From the NCBI GenBank assembly GCA_013239625.1, contig MU053881.1, positions 2,728,001-2,792,000 on the forward strand: a DNA stretch of 64,000 nt, given 5' to 3'. Below the pieces are notes generated by a model, which saw nothing but the letters and a program-made list of their open reading frames with translations, did not search any database and had not been told where the DNA came from. Of the stretch, positions 27,901 to 40,805 are shown piece by piece. Source of the DNA: Lama guanicoe. Lineage: Eukaryota. The translations under genes and the position numbers were made by a program. How positions within the stretch are numbered: position 1 is the first letter of the stretch; every line of letters begins with the position of its first letter.

Positions 27901-30900
27901 GCAGGAGCGGGCCTGGGGCTGTGTGTGTACCTGAGGGGTCCTGGGGGAGAAGAGAATGGGGGAGATGGGGGCGAATCTTCTTGGAGATCCCCCTCTGAGG
28001 CCCCGCCTGGGGCTGTGGATCTGGTGGCTCCCAGGATAGAAATTCGTCATGACATTTCATCCCCACGCCAACTCCACTACTGCCTGGCTCTGGGATCGAA
28101 CGCAGTCCAGCTCTGAGAGTCTCTCCTGAGCCTTCCTGTAAGCTGGCTGCCCCAGGCTGAGCCCTGCAGGTGTGGGCAGAACCCCAGACCTCCCTGCCCC
28201 TCAGACTTAGCTTCTTCCTACCACTGGGAAAGCAGGGGACACTGGCTGTTCCAAGATCACAAACCTTCCTCGGGGTCCACCTGCCCTCCTGCAGTCACTG
28301 ATCTAGACGCTTTACTTACATTTAATCATTTCATATAGATTATAAAACCCATGTCAGAGATGGCAAAACTGAGCCTCGGAAGGTATTCTCATGAAACAAC
28401 TAGTAAGTGGCAGAGCAAGGACTTTAAACCTATTTCTCTCAGACTCTAAGCCCTCTGCACTGTGTCTCGCATAGGCCTGGCCCTGGGTTAGACACCAGCG
28501 TGGGGGCAGGGGCACAGAGGGCTTCAGTCAGATGTAGACCTGTCCTCCTGGGGTTTGCCACTTAATGGTTTTCCAAAGGTGGTGCAGGGTTATTATGGTT
28601 AGCTTCAGACTCAGTTTTGGGGGCCTGGTCCTTGCAATAGCATGTTTATCAACAACATTCCTGCTTCAGTTTTTCTTGAAAGATCTTTTCTTAAAATGGT
28701 TAAAAGTAGATGTCACCTTTCGTGGCTGCGTCCAAAACAGACCTTGCTTCCAGTTAAAGTCATTTTGATGGGGTTTAGGGGCCTGTTGGAATTAAGTGGA
28801 AGCTTACATTTTTTTAATGTTTACCAATAAGGCTCCTTATAGTCATGATTGTATTCATTCAACATTAACTGAGCACCTGCTATGTGCCAGGCCCACTGGG
28901 GATACAGAAATGAGTATGAGTTCCTGTGGCTTGAGGAGCTTGAAGCATCTCCGTATACCCTTGGTATGAGAAACATAACAAAGCTTTTGTAACATATGAG
29001 AAACTGGAGGCCCAGAGAGCCTGAGTATCTTGCCCCAAGTCACATAGCCGTGAGTGACAGATCTGGGACTTGATCTCAGGCCTCTCAACTCTGGGCTCTA
29101 TGCTCTTGTAAATGCTGTGGCAACCACCCTGGGAAGTGATGGGATGTAGAGGTAGGGAAGGGGGTCTTTTGCTACCCATCCAAGCCAGCAGTAGAGGTCT
29201 TTTGAAGAAGCAGCAGTTCCTAGCATCTCAGCATGGACCCTCACACATCCCAGGGAATTCCTAGGAAATGCGGGTCTACGTTCACTCTCCCATATTCATT
29301 TGTCCACCCCCCCTCAAGACGACCGGTTCCCTAGTCTGGTTGGCCTGGGAGAGGCCCCACTGGGAGAGCCGACGTCAATACCACCTAAGAGAGAAGCAGG
29401 GAGAAGTCAGGCAGAGGGCAGCCAGAGGCCTCTGGGCATTGAGCAGGCTGGGACCTCTCCCAGGACACTGGAGCTCCAGGGGCTCACAGCCTGGGTGGGA
29501 GGTTCCCTCTCCGGCAGGGGTGGTGTACAGATTGGCCCCATACCTGCGGTGGCAGGTAGGAAAACTGGGACACGGCCCTCTGACAGTCTCCCAGACTTAG
29601 AACCACGGAAGCTGCCAACGGTCAGCTGCCCTGCTGAGTGGGGTACGGGGGTCAGGAAGGTGTTACGGGATGGAGGGTCAATAGATGGCCAGACAGGATG
29701 GAATTGATGTGACCCTCCTCGGCCTAGATGGTACTGAGCAAGTAATCCTCCCTGCCCAGTGATGAATGCCAGGAGCCCGGATGAGGTGGAGAAAATGTGC
29801 CTGGGCGGAAGCTGGCTCCCGCAGCCAGCACCAGTCATCACTTCTGAGTCTCATCTCTTAAATGATGCCCCAGCGCTGAGCACCCTGACATCGGGCCCCC
29901 AGGTATCCCTGGGGAAACAGTGTTTTGTGTAGACCTGAGCCTGAGCCACTTTGAGACTCTCCTGTGGGGCTGGAACCGGGGCCAGCCTGAGCAATGGATA
30001 CGCTGTTTCCATTCATCGGCCTTGGGTAGGGCCCAGAAGGTTTACATTTTCACACCCAGATTTCTGAGCGCTGAGCCTGGCTCTGCCCTTGACTTGCCCA
30101 GTCATTTCCTGGCAAGTTCATTTCCCCTGATGGGCCTCAGTAAACTCCCAGGAATGTTCTGGATCCTGTCTGCCCCTGTTCCGAAAGGGGTCAGGGATCT
30201 GAGGGAAGCAACACCCAAGGAGTTATTTCTGGGCCTCGGGTCTGCTGAGCCCCTGTTCTGCTGGCTTCAGAGTGTGGACACGTGGTTATCAATGTGCAAT
30301 AGGCTAGTCAGAAAGCACTTGTGGGAACAGACTGGTAATTCTGTGTGTGGCTGTGTGTGGATTCCCAAAGAGGCTGAAGCCTCATTTCCAGGGTCATGCT
30401 CATGGGACTGAGAGACAGGGCACAGACACTTTCTGAAGGCCAGAGAGGGGCACCTGGCAGCTCCTGCAGACGAAGGGCCTGAGACTGGGACCGGGCAGGG
30501 TGAAGTGGGGCTGTATAACTTCCACTCCAGAAATGCCAAGTGCACAGACTGGCATCCTCGTGAATGGACCCCAGGCCCTGGTGGAGGAGGTGCCCCAGGA
30601 GAAGAAGCCCCTTTGCAGGTGATGCTGCCATCGAAACCCCATCAGCGCACCTGATTTAGGAACCAGGCCACCCACGCAGGAGAAACTCTTGTCTGAATGA
30701 GCAGGGAGGACGGCTGACATGGCGGTAAAATCAGTCACCGATGACTCTGAAAACAGTTGATTATAATTTATATCAGCTAGGCATTACTTCCATGGGGTTA
30801 AAGCACTGTCAGTGTTGCTCACAGCTCTGGCTGGCTGGTGAAGTATACTGGGCCGTCTGTGATAATCTCATGTGGCCTCCTGGGGCTCTTGGCCAAGAGG

Positions 30901-31344
30901 CATTTCTGAGAGTCCTCAGGCCTTGGAGATAACAGTGGGGCCCAAAAGAGCAATTCAGCTTCTACTGAGCCAACCCTTACTGCTCACCCTTGAGAGCTGA
31001 ATGGGGTACACAGCCTGATAAAGGGGCGTGTGACCTCGGGATTGCATCAGAGGGTGGGAGGCGGGTGCTGTAACGTACTCTGGGATACCCCAGAGATGAG
31101 ACCTTCCAATAGCGCCCAGGGAAGTAGGGGAAGTCGTGGAGGGCTTCCCAGAGGAGGTGACTTGTGAATTGGGCCTTAGAGAACGCCTGGGTCCCAAAGA
31201 GCATTCTTTAAGAGAGGGAAGTAGGAAGAAAGGCCTGGGGTGTGGCGTGGTGTGTTTGGAGAAGGAGGAAGCCAGAATAGGGTTTGTGGGAGGGACTGGT
31301 GGGAAGTGGCAGGAAAAAGGGGGCAGGGCCAGATTGTAAAGCTC

Positions 31345-31700
31345 CTCATTCAGTCAATATTTATAGAGCCCCTGTTGTGTGCCAGGCACTGTTCTAGTTG
31401 TTGGACCCCAGTAGTGGGCAAAACAAAGTCCCTGCTCTCATGGAGGGTGCATTCAAGCGGGGAGGACAGATAATAAACACATACAGAAATAAACACATCG
31501 GGCGGGGGTAGGTGCCCTAGAGAACATATTGCCCAGAGGAGGCAGGAAGGGTGCTGGACGATGAACGTCGGGGGTGGTCAGGAGAGGCCTCTAATAAGGC
31601 AATGTTGGAGCAGATGCTAAAGGGAGTGAGGGAGCAGCCCACGCAGAAGTAGGCAGGAGAGCCTTCTAGATGGAGGGGACGGCACCTGCCGAGTCCCCAA
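31345..31700 (-). mobile_element. L2 3' end
   Basis: cattcagtcaatatttatagagcccctgttgtgtgccaggcactgttcta... Confidence 0.6.
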
Positions 31701-32787
31701 GGAAGGAGCAGGTCCTACAGGCCGCCGTGGTCCCTGGGAAGAGGATTTCTTTTTGGTTTGTGTTCATTACTTGTTAATTGGGGGAGTGACATAGGTAAGC
31801 GTGTGCTTCTCAAAACATCAGCCCTGGCGGGTGGTTTGAAAGAGACTTGGGAGAGGGTGAAGATGGAGGTAGGGAGGCCTGGGAGTGGACAGAAGCTGTT
31901 TATTCTTTCTTTCTTTTTTGCATTGATTCATTTATTTATTCAGCAAATAGTTTCTGAGCTCTTCCTGAGTCGCAAGTATGGTGTCCGGCTCTGGGGAAGA
32001 CAGTGGAGGGGATAAGGGCACAGGTGTGCCCCTCCAGGTGCCCGCCGCTAGCAGAGCAGACACACCAAAGTAGCTGCACCCGTGGGCCAGGCAGGGGGCG
32101 GAGGGCAACTCTGAGGGTCCTTTTTGCAGCAGCAGCCACAGGAATTTGTGACTAATCAGATGTCAGGGGAAGGAACAGGAAAGAGCCACTGTTGAAGGCA
32201 AAATAAAATCCTTCTGGGAGGGGCAGGAGGGGGAAAATAGGCCAGGTGCTGCCTGGTAGGGGCTGTGGTTCCTGCTCTCACAGGTGGAGCCGTTGCTCAA
32301 GGCACCACAGGGACAGGCAGAGACGCGCAGGCCCCTCTTCCCCAGCCCTCGTGGACCCCGCCCTGAGCCTCCAGCACCTCCGCCTGCTCACTGAGCACAG
32401 GCTTCACCGACAATTGGGCCATTCCCAGCTGTGGCTGAGGGGAATTTCATTTCGGGTGGGTGAGGAGCTATTACTGGCTGGGTGACCTTGGGCAATCATG
32501 TAGCCTCTCTGAGCCTTGGTTTGAAAATCTGTAAAATGGGTTGATAATAACTTTATCACAAGGCTGTGGTAAAAATCAGATGTGATCATGCCTGGGAGAA
32601 GGCTTTGTGAACAGTCAAGGATCGAGCCCAGGTTATGTATGTATGTATCTGTTATGTCTGCATGTGTGGGGGTGAATACACACACAGGCGTGTATGGAGG
32701 TTGGCTTGGGTGCTAATGTAGGACCATTCCCTGCTTGCAATAAACTGAGTAATGACTTATGCTGTCTCCTTGTTCTCTTTCTATCAG

Positions 32788-32831
32788 GTTCTGAGGACAT
32801 GGGGACCACAGTCAATGGAGATGTGTTTCAG
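32788..32831 (+). CDS. CLTB: Clathrin light chain B, exon 2
   Basis: Pyrimidine tract + CAG acceptor; (G)SEDMGTTVNGDVFQ; donor CAG|GTAAGC. Confidence 0.95.
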
Positions 32832-35800
32832 GTAAGCAAGATTCAGTCTTCACAAGGGGAGGGACCGACTGCCTGGGTTTCAGAAACTTATGGCCCCCAC
32901 CATTGGTAGGATTCGGGCTTCACGTTCTGTTCATTGGGATGGGGACATTGAGAAAGGTTTTGACATTAAAAAAAAATTGTGTAGGGGAAGGGGATGAAAA
33001 ATAAGGACCACTAGAGACAAGGGTCAGTGGGGTTTGCCCTCAGATTGCCCGTGGTGATGTCCAGCTGTCAGAGGGTGAGATAAAGTGGCCCACAGTGGCA
33101 TGGACTAGAGGAAACACAGGGCGCTGCACATGTGGGTGCCATTAGTGGGAGGCTGAACTCAGTGGCCATCTCCACCACGTCTGAGCATTTTAACTGGGCA
33201 GGCTTTGGATCCAGAGAGTCTACTTCTCAGAATTTTCCTAAAGGAATTAACTGAACAAGGACATCCGGATTCTTTGCAGGATTATTTACAAGAGCAGACA
33301 AACTGGACACAACCTAAGTGCCCAGCATCAGGGACCTGGGTAGGTAAACTGGAAAACCATGCCGTTGTTAAAAAAAGCAATCAGAGCTTTCTGTATTGAA
33401 ATGAGAAGAGGCTCATAAAATCGTAAATGGAAAAGCAGCTTGTGGAGTAATATGCACAGTATGGTCCTGCTTTTTCTTTTAGAAATATGTTTGCACGAAA
33501 GATCTGAAAGGATGTGCACCAACTGTTAACAGTGGTTAGCCCTGAGTTCATGGGAGGAGGGGGCTAAGAAAAGGGCTTTTACTTTCTCTGGATTGTTTTA
33601 CAGTTCTTTGTAGTGATCCTGTAGCACACATGCAACACACACACACACACAAACCAGGAAAAATCTGGCTAGTAAAGATATTTCTAGTTAAAAACTGCTT
33701 CTCTCTGTACCCACCTAACCCCCTCCCCTCATAATATACAAACCATCTTAAAAGTACTTAAAGAACTTGGACCACAAATGGCATCCCCAGGACCCCACAG
33801 ATGGCAACAGTCCTTCACAACCTCCACCCCCACCTGCAGATGCCTGGGTGGGGACAAGCCTCCACTGGATGAGCCTTAATTCCCGCTGGACCGGGTCAGA
33901 GACCCTTGACCGCTGAGGTTACAGCTGCGGGATCACCTGAGCTCTGCCCGGTTGGGGAGCTGGCCTCCTAAATCTTCAGGGAGAACAAACAATACTTTTC
34001 TTATGTAAGAGGGATGGGCTGGTACCTTACACAGGGCAACTGGCCAAGCCCCATTTCTGGAAAATTACTCAACTCCCAGCAAGCTGGAAAGGTCAGTCTC
34101 TGGGACTTTAAGAGCTTCGTTGTCTCCTTGGGCTTGAGAGCATCAAATAAGCGGCATTTACACCTGTGCGGGTTGGCAGAGCATTGAGACTCAGGCTGCC
34201 CCTGCCCTGGGCACACTCAGAAGGACTTCGTGTGACCCAGAAGATCTATATCCTAAAGTGGCCTTGGACCTGGAGATAACGCTTGGGACCGCAGAAGTAC
34301 CTAGAACACCACACTTGCTGTACGTTAGGATCTTGAGGTCTGATCCCTCCTCACCCCCGGGCTCACTGTGTATTTAGTGGATCTGAGGAACCCTGGGCCT
34401 CCTCCCCAAGTTCAGTGGGGACTCTTATTCTCACTGCTACCAAGAATAACCCCAGGTATGTTTATCTGTAAATCGCTTCACATCTGTGCTATCACAGCAT
34501 CCTTCCAGGGAATGGGGAGGGGTCCCAGATGAGGTGAATCGCTCAGAAGCTTAGTGGCCAAGTTTAGGTTCATGTAGATCTCCTGCTCCTGATCTGATCC
34601 CCTTTGTACCACCCCTGTGTTGCTGGACAGGGCCGGCCATGGCGGCCGGCTTGCAAGGGGATTGCCCCCCACAGACTTTCCATAGGATGGAGCCTAGAGC
34701 AGGGTCTGTCTTGTGGTGTAGGGGGAGAAGCCTTGCCTGTGCACGCCGCATGCTTTTAAGGGTCCTGGGCAGAACTTTCTTGCTACCTTTCTTAATCTTT
34801 TCTGGAAGCCTATGGGACACTAGGGGGTCCAGCTAGGAACCTGATCCCCAACAAGCCCCTAGGATAAGCCCGCCCACACCCATTCCAGTCTGCCTGATGC
34901 TGCCAGGGGCAGGGAGAGAAGGGCCCGGCAGGGCTCCCTCCTCCCGCACACGCTCTCCCCCTTCCCCCACCCACTGCCATCATCCCTGCTGAGCTACTTA
35001 GAGGAATCAACAGCTCAGCCCAGCTTAGCTTCAGCTGGTCAGTGCCAGAGATCGGGTGTGCCTCATCCTCCTGGCTGTCCGTGGAGTCATAGAACATGCT
35101 CTGCCCTGGTGGTGGTGCCCAGTGTCCAGCACAGGGGTCCCTCAGGAGAGGGCTCGGGAAGCTGGTCTGAGACCAGTTTGGTCCTGAACGTAGCCTCCTG
35201 CCTTTTGGTCCCAGCCATTCCCCACCCCTCCCCTCCCCTGACGAGCTTGGAAGGGGCTCAGAGCATTCCTGCAGCCCCTGGTGAGCCCTCCTGGGCTGCC
35301 AGCACCCTAGTAGCTGACACAATTTCCTCACTGGCAGGGTCGGGGCAGGAAAATAAGTCGGGAGTGGCCAGAGAAGGGGAGCCAGCAAATGGCTTCTCAG
35401 GACCGGGTCTGCTGGCAGCATGGCTGTGTTCTTCCTGGTTGTGGTGGTGGCGCAGCCTGGACTGGCCTGCTCGGGGCCCGCCATGTGGCGACACCGAGCC
35501 CTGCAGCTCCGCAACCCTGGCACGTGCACACCCGCTGCGGGGCACCGCAGTCGCAGGGCGGTTATCACACACGGGTCCCACTTCGCACCCGGAGTGGGGT
35601 GTTGTCACTCCCACTTAACGGGTGGTGAGACCCAAGGAGCCCAGGGAAGGGACTTGTCAAAGGTTGTGCATCCAGTGAGTGGCAGGAGGGGACTTAAAGG
35701 CCAGCCCCTCTGACTCCGTGTCCCAGGCTGTTCCTGCGTCGGCCACATCGCACATCACTTTGCAGGGGGCCCCTCATTCCTTCACTTAGTCAACTCCCAT

Positions 35801-38800
35801 TCTCCGCCAGCCGCACACTGTGCTCAGGGTGGTGGATATAGAGGCAAATCCAATTGTTTGTCCTCAAAGAGCTTGCTTCTGACAGAGGACAGAGACCTGA
35901 AAGATGGGGTGTAGGGGGCGGGGGGAGAGGGGGACAGCACAGGACGGCAGGGGTTTGGGTGTGAGGCTGGTATCAAGAGCCAGGAGACTGGGTTCTTACG
36001 ATGTGTCAGGTACCACCTAAAAGTTTTACATGGATTAACTTATTTCATCCTCCCAACACCCCTACCATGTAGGTTCTGTGCAGATGAGGAGGGAGAGGCA
36101 CAGGGAGGTTTAACAGCTCCCTCTGGTTACACAGTGGGAAGAGCTGGACTCCAATCAGGCTCAGGCGCCAGATGCTGCACTGAAGTCAAAGGGTGCAACA
36201 GGGAGGGATGCTGGAAGTGGGCTTCTAGGCTGCCCAGAGCGGTGTGGGTGGTCCTGGCTGCGGGAACAGCATGTGCAAAGGCACAGAGGGTAAGGCACTC
36301 AGTCTGGGGCTCGCCTGGAGCCTGGCTCCTGCTGCAGAGAAGGGTGTGCTGAGGGAGCCTGAAGAGACCACAGGGGCAGGGCTGGTGTGTCTGCAGGTGG
36401 GAGGACCAGCGGCAGGGGGTGAGGGGTGTTCTGGGCACAGCTCCCAGCCAGAGCGCTTCAGTGGGCCACGCTGCTGGCTGACCAGTGGTGGAGGAGGCGG
36501 GCCCAGCTTGGCCAGGCTTGGCACCCTCTGGGCACGACATGCTTGGAACACACTGTACAGTGGCCCTGGATGTGCTGTGCTGCTGCTCTAGGGGCTAAGA
36601 GAAGCACTGAGGGTCTAAGCGGTTTCTCGAGGCTCCTCCTCCACCCAGACTGGGGCGATGTGGCAGGTTGCAGCGGAGGAGTTTGGATGGACTCAGACAA
36701 ACTGGGCTTCATTCTTGGCTTTTCCCAGCTGGACGACCTTGGATCAGTCACTGCTCTGAGCCGGATTTCTCACGTGTAAAATGGGGATTGGAGGCTTTGT
36801 CCTGGTGCCCCTCCAGGTCTGTTGAGAAGAGTGCTCTGTAGCCCTGGAGGCTTCTTATAAATCCCAGACGTAGGCACAGAGGGACCCAGGGCAGGGTACG
36901 GGTGTGGGTGTGAGAGAGAGATGGGGAGTGGGGCGTGGGCAGTGGGAGGGCGCACAGTCCTAATCTTGGGAGGTAGACTTACCAGGGAGACAGAAATCAT
37001 GTGCCACGGAAGTGACTTTGATCCCTATTGGCTACGTGTGGCCAGTACGTTTACACCCAGGAATTCAGTTTGAATTCTGACTCTGCCAGTTCCTGCCTGG
37101 CTGAACTTGGGACTTTGGAGTTAGACTTTTCCTACCTATAAAATAAAGATAATAAAACCCACCATGTAGAGTTGTAAAGACCAAAGAGAACCGTTTAATT
37201 GCAAGTTTCCTGTAGGCTTTAAAACACTATAACCTGTGAGTCTTAATTTTAGGGTAGTCTTGATGAAGATGGTGAGTTCTGCCCTTAGGACCGTCTCTAG
37301 CCCACCTCTCCCGCCCCATCTCCTCCATGCCTAGTAGCATCTCTGTACTCAGATTTCCCCAAAGGCACCAGCTTCACATGGTCCTCACCCTGCTGGCTCT
37401 TGGTCTGAAATGCCCTTTCCCCATCTCTTCGTAGCCTGCTCTGCTCCCAGCCTAGAAGGGTCACACCCTCCCTTGTCCCTCCTCTTTTCCTGACCTGTGT
37501 TACAGCGCGAACCCCAGGTTCTCATTTGTGAGGGACTCCTTCTGCCAGACTCCCAGTTGATGGGCTGTCTTGTTCATCCATGTGCCCAAGCCTGATCATC
37601 ATTTAATTCATTCATTAAATGTTCTTGAAATCCTCCTACAGCCAGGCCCTCCCTGTCCTAGATACATTACAGAGACAGGCAGTCTGTGTCGTCCTGGAGG
37701 CCACTGCTTGGCGGGGCGGGGTGCGTCGGGGAGGGCAGATGGTAAACATGTGAACAAACCAGCCTTTTAAGATATAGATGAGTGCCAAGAAGAAACAAAA
37801 TGTAGCACCTGGATAAACACAGAGACATGAAAGGGACTGCCATTGTCTGCAGATGGGACATTCTCTAGGATTGGGCAGAGGTCCTTGTAGCCTGGCCTCG
37901 GGACAAGGTTGTTCCCGGAAGTGGGCAGGGTGGGGCTCACCCAACATCAGTGATCCGCTTGTCCAGATTAGGGCCCTGGAAAGGCTCCTCGAGATGTCAC
38001 GAGAGACTCTAAATTGAAGCATAACCCTGTGCAGGCCCACTCACAGGTGGGCCTGATCTGAGGAGCCAGGCTGTACCGCCTCACCCTGGACCTGCCCTTC
38101 CCTCTCCCGCTGGACAGCTAGAGATGCAGCCTCGATGTCCCATCTGTGTGCTCCTTCACCCTGCTGCCCAGAGCCCCTTGGGCAGACGCTGACACAGCAC
38201 CTCCCCTGAGCCAGGCATATGCTGGTTCCGGGGATCTCCGTCCATACATCCTCTGCTTACTGAGCAGTGGCTGTGTGCGGACAGTGGGCATCACTGGACA
38301 GGTGCTGTTGGTGGGAGAAGACATTAAACAACACCAGTGTTCATGAGAGTTTCGGAGAGTGCTTGAAGGAGGAGCCCCGGGAGTCATGAAAGAATGGAAC
38401 GGGGGTTCAGAGGGTATAAACTAGGTTCTGCCCTGCCCACTGGGAGCTCGTGGTCCAGCGGGGAGACGCACACAGTAGGTGAAGGTCGTGCCAAGGAGCC
38501 CAGGGAGGAGGGGGCGTGAAATCTGCTTGGGGTTGGGAAATGTCCCAGAGCTGGTACTTCTGAGATGGAAACTCAGGGCATGGAATAAGATTTCATCAAC
38601 CGGAAGAAGGAGGGAGGAGGCTGCAGGAGCAGACAGCGGTGGGGCAGCATGAGTGCGGGGATGCCTGCAGATGGGGATGCATAGGGCGGACAGAGCACCA
38701 CAGCGGGAGTGGCAGGAGGTGGCACTGGATTGTAAGAGGTCTCAGTTTTGTAGGACCACAGGGAGCCAGCTCCTTGCTGGACTGAGCTTTGAGTCCCCAC

Positions 38801-38934
38801 CTTGGCAGGAGGCGTGGAGAATCAGGCAGAGCCCTGGGCTGGGAGTCAGAGGCCTGGACTCTGGCCCTGGTTCTGCCACTGTGTTGTGTCATCTCTCCTC
38901 TCAGTTTCCTCCCCTGTAAAATGGGAATGAATAA

Positions 38935-39185
38935 TAATAGTAACTCTAGCTGGCATTCACGGAGCCATCACTCCATGCCAGACACCCTTTCAAATGTCTT
39001 ACAAATACCGTAGCATCAAACCCTCACAACCGCTCTTAGAAGTAATAAAACTATTATGATTCCCCTCTCAGATGAGAAAACCGAGGCCAGGCCAGGTGAA
39101 GCAGCCTGCCGCGGCTACACACCTAGATAGCAGGCAGTAGAGATGGGATTTGAACCCAGATAGTCCAGCTGCAGAGTCTGAGTTT
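38935..39185 (-). mobile_element. MIR
   Basis: cctcacaacc...cagatgagaaaaccgaggc...gggatttgaacccag core. Confidence 0.7.
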
Positions 39186-39399
39186 TCCCTCCCTGCACAG
39201 TCTTAGCCGTGGCCGTTTCAGGGCTGCTTGTTCACTCAGCAAACAGTTATTAAGTATCTGCTGTGTCCCAGGTACTATGCTGGGTGCTGGGGACATAGCA
39301 ATGAACAGGACAGGCAAGGTCCCTGCTGTCACAATGGTGACATTCATATGGAGGAGACAGACAATGGACCAGTAAGCATATTATAAAGTGAGGCCATTT

Positions 39400-39665
39400 G
39401 GGACTGTGTGTCACTGGGTAGAGTGTGTGCTTAGCGTGCACGAGGTCCGGGGTTCAATCTGCAGTACCTCCATCAAAAAAAAACAAAATAAGGCAAAAAA
39501 TAACCCCCCAAAAAACAGAAAGAAAAGAAAGACTAGCACCTAAGAAATATAGGGGGTGGGAATAACTCAGTGGTAAAGTGCATGACGAGGTCCTGGGTTC
39601 AATCCCCAGTACCTCCATTAAAAAATAAATAAATAAAATTCAACCGTCAACAATTTAAAAAAACT
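39400..39665 (+). mobile_element. Two tandem Vic-1-like SINEs
   Basis: Two ggttcaatc...cagtacctcca heads, each with an A-rich tail. Confidence 0.8.
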
Positions 39666-39986
39666 ATAATAGAGAGGGGCTTTAGTGATAGAAACATAGC
39701 GGACTCCTCGTGTGCCAAGAAACGTTTGAAGTTCTTTACCCTTTTTAACTCATTTCATCCTTATATTAACCTATGGAGTGGGTGCTATTTTGGAATTTTA
39801 TAGTGAGGAAAGTGAGGCACAGAGAGGTTGCTGGCGGAGGACACAGCGAGAGCAGAGGCAGGGAAGGGTCCCAGGAGACAGTGGGTGTGAGGTTGTCTGA
39901 GATGGGAGGGGTGTCGGGTGCTTGGGCTTCAGAGACAGCCGGGCAGGTGGATGGGCTGGACACACTGCTGTACGTTTGTGTCCTAG

Positions 39987-40104
39987 GAGGCTAACGGTCC
40001 AGCTGACGGCTATGCTGCAATCGCCCAGGCCGACAGGCTGACGCAGGAACCCGAGAGCATCCGCAAATGGAGAGAGGAGCAGCGGAAACGTCTGCAAGAG
40101 CTGG
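39987..40104 (+). CDS. CLTB: Clathrin light chain B, exon 3
   Basis: TAG acceptor; EANGPADGYAAIAQADRLTQEPESIRKWREEQRKRLQEL; donor G|GTGAGG. Confidence 0.97.
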
Positions 40105-40304
40105 GTGAGGGCAGGGCTGAGGCTGGGAGCCGGGCTGGGGCGCCCCCGACCCCGGGTTCCCTGCTGGGTCGGAGTGGGCAAGCCTTAGGGTGTATGGGGC
40201 CCTGCGCCACCGTAATGTGGGAACTGGCGGGGGACGGACCAGGGCAGCTGTGCCTGCACATCCCTCCTGGAGAGCTGCTGCTCACTCACCTGCTGGGGTC
40301 GCAG

Positions 40305-40416
40305 ATGCTGCCTCCAAAGTGATGGAGCAGGAGTGGCGGGAGAAGGCCAAGAAGGACCTGGAGGAGTGGAACCAGCGCCAGAGTGAACAAGTGGAGAAGA
40401 ACAAGATCAATAACCG
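40305..40416 (+). CDS. CLTB: Clathrin light chain B, exon 4
   Basis: (D)AASKVMEQEWREKAKKDLEEWNQRQSEQVEKNKINN(R); donor CG|GTGAGG. Confidence 0.97.
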
Positions 40417-40424
40417 GTGAGGAG

Positions 40425-40805
40425 CTGTGAGGGCACGAGGGGGCTGTGGGGACGGCAGCAGGGACAGGGACGGGGGAGGACCATGGGGATGGCAGTGGGG
40501 AGAGGGACAGGAGGGGGCTGTGGGGACAGCAGCGGGGACAGGGACGGGAGGGGGCTGTAGGGAGGTGAGGGGCCATAGGGACATGAGAGACCTATGGAGA
40601 CATGAGAGAACCTATGAGGACATGAGAGGAGCTATAGGGACATGAGAGGTCCTATGGGGACATGAGGACCTATGGGGACATGAGAGGACCTATAGGGACA
40701 TGAGGACCTATGGGGACATGAGAGGAGCTATGGGGACATGAGGACCTATGGGGACATGAGAGGAGCTATGGGGACATGAGCGGGCTGTGGGGACATGAGG
40801 GGAAC
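40425..40805 (+). repeat. G-rich minisatellite at the start of CLTB intron 4
   Basis: About 11 units of GGACATGAG(AG)GA(C/G)CTATGG (19-21 bp) at 40579-40800, preceded by GGGGGCTGTGGGGAC repeats. Confidence 0.92.

Noticed and set aside
26939..28116. Many long overlapping ORFs (up to 243 aa) around CLTB exon 1
   Set aside because: Stop-poor CpG island giving Pro/Arg/Gly low-complexity translations; only the CLTB frame is recognisable
34810..35618. 252-aa and 186-aa intronic ORFs
   Set aside because: GC-rich CLTB intron with no domain-like pattern or supporting splice structure
40578..40800. CRISPR-like array
   Set aside because: Head-to-tail units without unique spacers in a mammalian intron; it is a minisatellite
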